From Ascoidea asiatica JCM 7603 (Eukaryota; Fungi; Ascomycota): a stretch of DNA of 64,000 nt. Below, piece after piece: positions 58,732 through 64,000 of this stretch. The stretch's first letter is position 1. The number at the start of each line of letters is the position of its first letter. The stretch covers positions 70,782 to 134,781 of the forward strand of contig BCKQ01000006.1 in NCBI GenBank assembly GCA_001600695.1. The letters are read 5' to 3'. Under the pieces are notes generated by a model that made no database searches, was not told the origin of the DNA, and saw only the letters and a program-made list of their open reading frames with translations. The position numbers were made by a program, and so were the translations under genes.

Positions 58732-60450
58732 ATGACTATTAATATTTCGACTGCAAATACTTATGCTTCTCATTTATCAATCAAAATTCAACAAGGTGAA
58801 GATATCAAATTACCATTTAATATCAATCTCAATAAATACACTTTAAGAAACATTAAAAATAATTCTTTTAATTTTAATCCAATTGGTCTTTCTAAACTTA
58901 TTCATCGTTATTCAAAATATAAAGAAGGAAGTGAACCTTCTTTATATGTGAGTAAAAAACACTCTAATGAGATTTTACCAGCTTTAGTTACAAATCTAAA
59001 ATTAACTGGAGAACAAACAATTCCATTAATCAAGATTATAGCTCAATATAATAACGCGCGTGAAACACATATTCCTTCTGGCGGTTCAATCAAAAATCCA
59101 ATGTTTCATTCAGAATCAGTATTTGAAATTGAAAAAAATGGAACATTGAATATTAAGTTATATTCAAATTTACCAGATTCTTTGGTTCCCGGTGATTTAG
59201 GTATAAATCCAAAAAAAATATATCTTGGTTCAGTGAAAGTTAAGTTAAATCTTTTTAATAATTATCATCCTACAGCAAAATCTATTAATATTTGTAAAGA
59301 AATAGTTTATTATGGAAAAGTTAATGGTAAATTAAAATTTTTATTAGAATTTCAACCTTCTATTCTCTCTCCAAATTACTTATCTCTTTCTTTATTAAAT
59401 GCTATAACAAGACCTATTGAAAAAAATCTTCCTCTTGAATTAATTAACTCTAAATCCTCTTTAAGCAATACAAAAATAGGTTTAGATGACTTCAAAGTAG
59501 AAAAACTTATTGGAAGTGGGGGTTTTGGTAAAGTTTTCTTGGTAACCAACAAAAATAATAATAAAACCTATGCAATGAAATCAATTAATAAAACTTGTTT
59601 ACTTGGAAGTGTACCATCCAATGAATTAATGACCGAACATAATATACTTTCAAAAGTTAAAAGTCCATTTATTGTCCCATTAAGATACTCTTTCCAAACA
59701 AAAAACGAATTATATTTGGTAATGGACTTCATTTGTGGAGGAGAACTATTTTTTCATTTGAGTAATTCATATGAATTTAGTTTATCAAGAGCAAAATTAT
59801 ATGCAGCTGAAGTCATTTGTGCTTTAGATGCACTTCATAAAAAAGATATAGTTTATAGAGATTTGAAACTTGAAAATCTACTTTTGGATGAAGAAGGTCA
59901 TATAAAACTGTGTGATTTTGGTTTATCTAAAGAAAATGCTAAAGAAAATAAAAAACTCTATTCAAAATGTGGAACTCCGGTTTATATTTCACCTGAAATG
60001 ATAAAAAGAGAAGGCTACGGAAAAGCAATCGATTGGTGGGCGCTTGGTGTTTTATTATATACAATGTTGTTTGGGCGTTTACCATTTACAGGCAATAACT
60101 ACTATCATTTAAAAGATTTAATTAAATATGCTCCAGTGAAGTTTCCTAAAAATGCAAATAAATTAGCAAAAGATCTTATAGAAAAATTATTAGAAAAAAA
60201 ACCAAAAAACAGATTAGGTTACAATGGTTCTGATGAAATAAAAAAACATCCATTTTTTCATAGAATGGACTGGGATAAAGTAGCTAATAAAGAATACCAA
60301 CCTGATTTCATACCATCTATTATTAATTTGAAAGATACTACTAATTTTGAAGACATGAGTTGGAAATCATCAGAACATTCAGACGATGTAGAAGAAGTAA
60401 GAGAGGAAAAACAAAAGCATTTCAAAGATTGGTCCTTTATTAGTGAATAG
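58732..60450 (+). CDS. Ypk/Gad8-like AGC Ser/Thr kinase, catalytically intact
   Basis: GSGGFG, YAMK, YRDLKLEN, DFG, CGTPVYISPE, and an AGC tail ending HFKDWSF. The N-terminal region is C2-like. Confidence 0.92.
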   Translation: MTINISTANTYASHLSIKIQQGEDIKLPFNINLNKYTLRNIKNNSFNFNPIGLSKLIHRYSKYKEGSEPSLYVSKKHSNEILPALVTNLKLTGEQTIPLIKIIAQYNNARETHIPSGGSIKNPMFHSESVFEIEKNGTLNIKLYSNLPDSLVPGDLGINPKKIYLGSVKVKLNLFNNYHPTAKSINICKEIVYYGKVNGKLKFLLEFQPSILSPNYLSLSLLNAITRPIEKNLPLELINSKSSLSNTKIGLDDFKVEKLIGSGGFGKVFLVTNKNNNKTYAMKSINKTCLLGSVPSNELMTEHNILSKVKSPFIVPLRYSFQTKNELYLVMDFICGGELFFHLSNSYEFSLSRAKLYAAEVICALDALHKKDIVYRDLKLENLLLDEEGHIKLCDFGLSKENAKENKKLYSKCGTPVYISPEMIKREGYGKAIDWWALGVLLYTMLFGRLPFTGNNYYHLKDLIKYAPVKFPKNANKLAKDLIEKLLEKKPKNRLGYNGSDEIKKHPFFHRMDWDKVANKEYQPDFIPSIINLKDTTNFEDMSWKSSEHSDDVEEVREEKQKHFKDWSFISE

Positions 60451-60785
60451 ATATAATATTAAAGTATAATTAGTTCAGCAGAGTTTTGTTTTGTAAATTT
60501 ATTATTTTTTTTCTTTCTATTATTTTGAATATTTTTGTTTGATTTTATTTCATTTTTTTCACTTTTTTTCATAAACTTTTATAATTAAATGATTTTTTAT
60601 TCTTTTACCTATAATAAATAACTCCCTTTAAGCACATTTTGTATTGTAATATTTGTTCGATATTTTCAAAGTAATATTGATAGGTGAGTAGAAGTTTTCC
60701 AATATTTCTTTAAATAACCACCATTTGCAAAGGAAAAAAATTTTAAACTTAATGTAGAAAAAAAAAAATATTGATGAGTTAAAAT

Positions 60786-62192
60786 TTATTGATTTTGAAA
60801 AGAATAGTTTGGTGGATCTTGATATTTTGGTAATATATCAAATTCATCTGTTTTATAATACCCAGTACTTTGAACACTTCTAATATAGCTTGTGTATTCT
60901 CGAAATTGATTATTTGATTTGTTGATATTTAATAATGAAGTATTTGGATAGGATATTCTATTATTCAATAATTTGACATCTTTATTAAGATTATTTAGAT
61001 TTAAATTCAAATTGACTAATCTGATATCATGAATAAGCTCAATAGTTTTTGAAACTGAGTTATTGAAATTAGAAAATTTACAAATTACAAATAAATCATA
61101 AGAATTTTTAATATTAATTGAATTAAAAGAGGAAAATAAATTGTTTGGAATTATAACTTGATTTATTAAAGAGTTTGGAAATTTAAAAGAATTTTTGTTG
61201 TCTAAATCTGATTCTTGATTTCTGATTGATAGGGAGTTTGAGTCTAAAATTGAAATAGGAATTCCAATTGCCAAATTAGTTAAGTTCAACAAATCTATGT
61301 TAAAAGTGATATCCTTATCATGTAATATACTTTTCAATTGGGAAAGAGAAATATTATTACGTAAGCTAATTTGAATTGATTGAAGATAAATCTTATGATC
61401 TGGAAATTTACTAAGTAGTTTAGGTATATTATTATTGTTGATACTGTTATTATTATTACTATTATTATTAAAATTAATAAAATTGAGATGTAAGCTCAAA
61501 AATGGAGATAAATTAGAATTGGTTAAGATATATGCTGGAGAATTGAATCTGATCTCAAATTGAAAATCATTTAAAAAAGTTCTCCTTATATAAAAATTTG
61601 ATTTATAATCCGTAGTTAAATTAGATCTCATTGTATTATATGGGTAATTCAAAGAAGGACCTGATCTAAGTGAAGTCAATAATAAGGGATAATTTGGATT
61701 AAAGTTGAACGATTTTGAGAATCTAATTGGATTAGATAATGTAGTATTAATAATATAAAAGTTTACTGAATAATCAATTTCAATCAATAGATTTGAATCC
61801 AAAGAGTCTCTCTTTAAAGATGGAGGTAAAAATTTTTCAGTTGAATCTGAAGTTTCAGTGAGATTGTTTGATAAAAAGGGTAATGAGAAAGAAAAAGCAT
61901 AATTATAAGTTCCAGCAGGGAGTATAACCTTACTTGAGGCTAATGAAATTGGGTTTAATAAATAAAGAAACCTTTCAGAGTTTATATTATATTTCGAAGT
62001 ACCTTCCAAGGAAATAAAAATTGATGAAATGTTTGCTAATGGCTTTCTAAGATATAATTGAACAGAACCATTAACGTACTCGAAATTTGTGAAAAATGAT
62101 TCATTTGGACCTCTATTTGGATTCTTATTGATATTGATCAAAGCAGAATACTCTAAACTTGAAGTTGAAATAGTATTAATAAAGCTCATCAT
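60786..62192 (-). CDS. Alpha-arrestin (ART-like Rsp5 adaptor), divergent
   Basis: Arrestin-N strands (VNGSVQL, ISLEGTS, LPAGTYNYAFSFSLP, LPPSL, IDYSV) and C-terminal LPKY and PPNY motifs. Confidence 0.75.
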   Translation of the reverse strand: MMSFINTISTSSLEYSALININKNPNRGPNESFFTNFEYVNGSVQLYLRKPLANISSIFISLEGTSKYNINSERFLYLLNPISLASSKVILPAGTYNYAFSFSLPFLSNNLTETSDSTEKFLPPSLKRDSLDSNLLIEIDYSVNFYIINTTLSNPIRFSKSFNFNPNYPLLLTSLRSGPSLNYPYNTMRSNLTTDYKSNFYIRRTFLNDFQFEIRFNSPAYILTNSNLSPFLSLHLNFINFNNNSNNNNSINNNNIPKLLSKFPDHKIYLQSIQISLRNNISLSQLKSILHDKDITFNIDLLNLTNLAIGIPISILDSNSLSIRNQESDLDNKNSFKFPNSLINQVIIPNNLFSSFNSINIKNSYDLFVICKFSNFNNSVSKTIELIHDIRLVNLNLNLNNLNKDVKLLNNRISYPNTSLLNINKSNNQFREYTSYIRSVQSTGYYKTDEFDILPKYQDPPNYSFQNQ

Positions 62193-63654
62193 TTGAAGTA
62201 AAAAGTTAGTTATATAATTGTTTGAAGAGAAGAATCTGCCAATTTTACTTTGAAATCTTTATTGTTTTTTTTTAAAAAAAAGAGCAACCCCATAATACAA
62301 TTACTTTTGAAAGTATTTATACATTTTTAAAATTTCTTTTTTGTTCTATAAGTGATTTTTTCTATTGTTTTTCGGTAAAAAATCTTTAAAAGACTTCACT
62401 ATTGTTACTGATTGTTTTAGAACCTAACACAAAAACCATGATTATGAATTGTGAAGAATTCCTTAAAGATAAAGAGTAACAACATTGATGGACCTAGGTT
62501 GTATATTGTTTTCAATATTTCTTCAATCCTAAATCAAGAACATGTGAAAGTTTGTTGAAAGAAAAATATGTAAGAATCTTTTGATTGCATGAGTTTATAA
62601 TTGTTGGCTAAATTTTATTTAATATTTTCATCGGTCTTAAAAAAATAAGTTTCAAATCAAACCTAAATCAAAAACCTAAAACAATGCAGCCACTTTAAAA
62701 CTCGAGAATAATTGCGAGAATAAACCCATTTTAATTATAGAAAGAACAAGTAATTGAATAAAGAAAACTTTATTTAAGAAAAAGTGAAAAAAATTATGTA
62801 CGATTTGAAATAATATATTGCATTGGTATAAATTTATAAATAATTGATGACAAGTTTTTGATATTAAGTGACTCATTAGCCAAGTTTCTAAATAATAATA
62901 GACAATTTCTGACCAGTTATTTCAAAACTAAAGAATAAGAGTTTTGTGATTTGGAATCTGAAAACAGTTTTCAAAGCTTCTATAATCAAATACAAAAGGA
63001 TTATTTCAATAAATATATTTCTAATTGACCCCATTGAATCAATTAAATCTCTGGCTTTCAAAATCAAAATTTGTATCAACCTCAATATTTTCACGATAAA
63101 AGTTTTAATAACAATCCATTCACATATTAATAGTTTGAGATTGAATAATTGATATATTTTTGAGCTCCAATATTTTTCTTGAACTATGGCTCTCATTGAG
63201 ATGAGAATTATAATTTGTGTTCATTAGAGACTAAAAAAGGGGTAAATTATATCAAAATACTTCAATTGAAGACCAAGAAATTAATTCTATTTTCATTTGT
63301 TTTAAATTTAACAACTTCTATCAATTTCAATCTAATAACAGTTAATAAGTCTTATTCATCAGACTTGGCTTTAATTATTGAACTCAATTTTGATGTTTCA
63401 AATCCAGTTTTATTCAATTTGAAGATTATATTTTGGCCTTTAGCAATAGCTTGAGAACATTAAATCCATTCTGTTGGATTAGAACTTCTTTTGCACTAAA
63501 TAATTAACGTTAAATAAATGAACAAACAAACAGATTTATTTGTTTATTTATTTAATTATTGATTAGATTACACAGAAATGAAGTTCTAAGATTAAGGTCA
63601 AGTAAAAATTGTATTAAATTGAAAATAATATACAAAAAAGTAAAGAAAAATAAT

Positions 63655-63717
63655 AAAAAAAGATAAAAAAGATAAAAAAGATAAAAAAGATAAAAAAGAT
63701 AAAAAAGATAAAAAAGA
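63655..63717. repeat. (AAAAAAGAT)n 9-mer tandem repeat
   Basis: About 6 perfect units. Confidence 0.9.
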
Positions 63718-63793
63718 ATTAAAAACATATCACATATCACATATTACATTATACATTACCAATTTCAGAAATAATTTTGCTTTTCATACGCTA

Positions 63794-64000
63794 TTATACT
63801 GTTTCAATTGCATCACTATCAACAAACTCCATTTCAGTGTCCATTAAAGAATCATTTTTTAATGGTTTAAGTTCTGGAATATACTCTTTATTCATTACTT
63901 TTTCCCAATCAATATCTTCAAAAAAAGGATGGTTTTTGATTTCTTGAACACCATTTTTACCTAATCTTTCCAATGGGTTTTTAATTAATAATTTTGAAAT
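63794..64000 (-). CDS. 3' end of a fourth AGC kinase paralogue (partial, runs off the window)
   Basis: Minus strand reads ISKLLIKNPLERLGKNGVQEIKNHPFFEDIDWEKVMNKEYIPELKP...ETV*. Confidence 0.85.
   Translation of the reverse strand: MSKLLIKNPLERLGKNGVQEIKNHPFFEDIDWEKVMNKEYIPELKPLKNDSLMDTEMEFVDSDAIETV

Noticed and set aside
62676-63454. Cluster of short ORFs that might be a decayed gene
   Set aside because: I could not assign any frame to a family, and stops are frequent. It needs tblastn.
1-64000. Transposons, LTRs, rRNA or spliceosomal snRNA genes
   Set aside because: No gag/pol or transposase motifs, LTR pairs, or U1/U2/U5/U6 and rRNA signatures were recognised.

Overview
Very AT-rich eukaryotic DNA from a budding yeast (Saccharomycotina). 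The poly-Asn-rich proteins, GTAAGT introns and rare CTG codons suggest an Ascoidea-like lineage, but that is inference. Conserved genes are VAC7, HIS6, MIF2, APE4, a four-exon MDM35 missed by the ORF track, SGN1/PAB2, JSN1/PUF2, initiator tRNA-Met, a stand-alone formyl-THF synthetase, a PMP22-family gene, MSH2, POL1 and MAG2. Interleaved with them are apparently lineage-specific expansions. These are six RCR-type single-pass PY-motif genes (five in tandem), four Ypk/Gad8-like AGC kinase paralogues ranging from intact to pseudokinase to tail-decayed, a frameshifted F-box/LRR gene, a degenerate Gre2-like reductase and an alpha-arrestin. The most striking observation is at the last RCR gene. Directly after its stop codon the same frame stays open for 183 more codons and encodes a second RCR cytoplasmic module with two LPxY motifs and no upstream ATG of its own. 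It is a candidate stop-codon readthrough or recoding extension, or a 5'-deleted seventh copy. Several GC-rich inverted repeats in promoter regions also merit checking.
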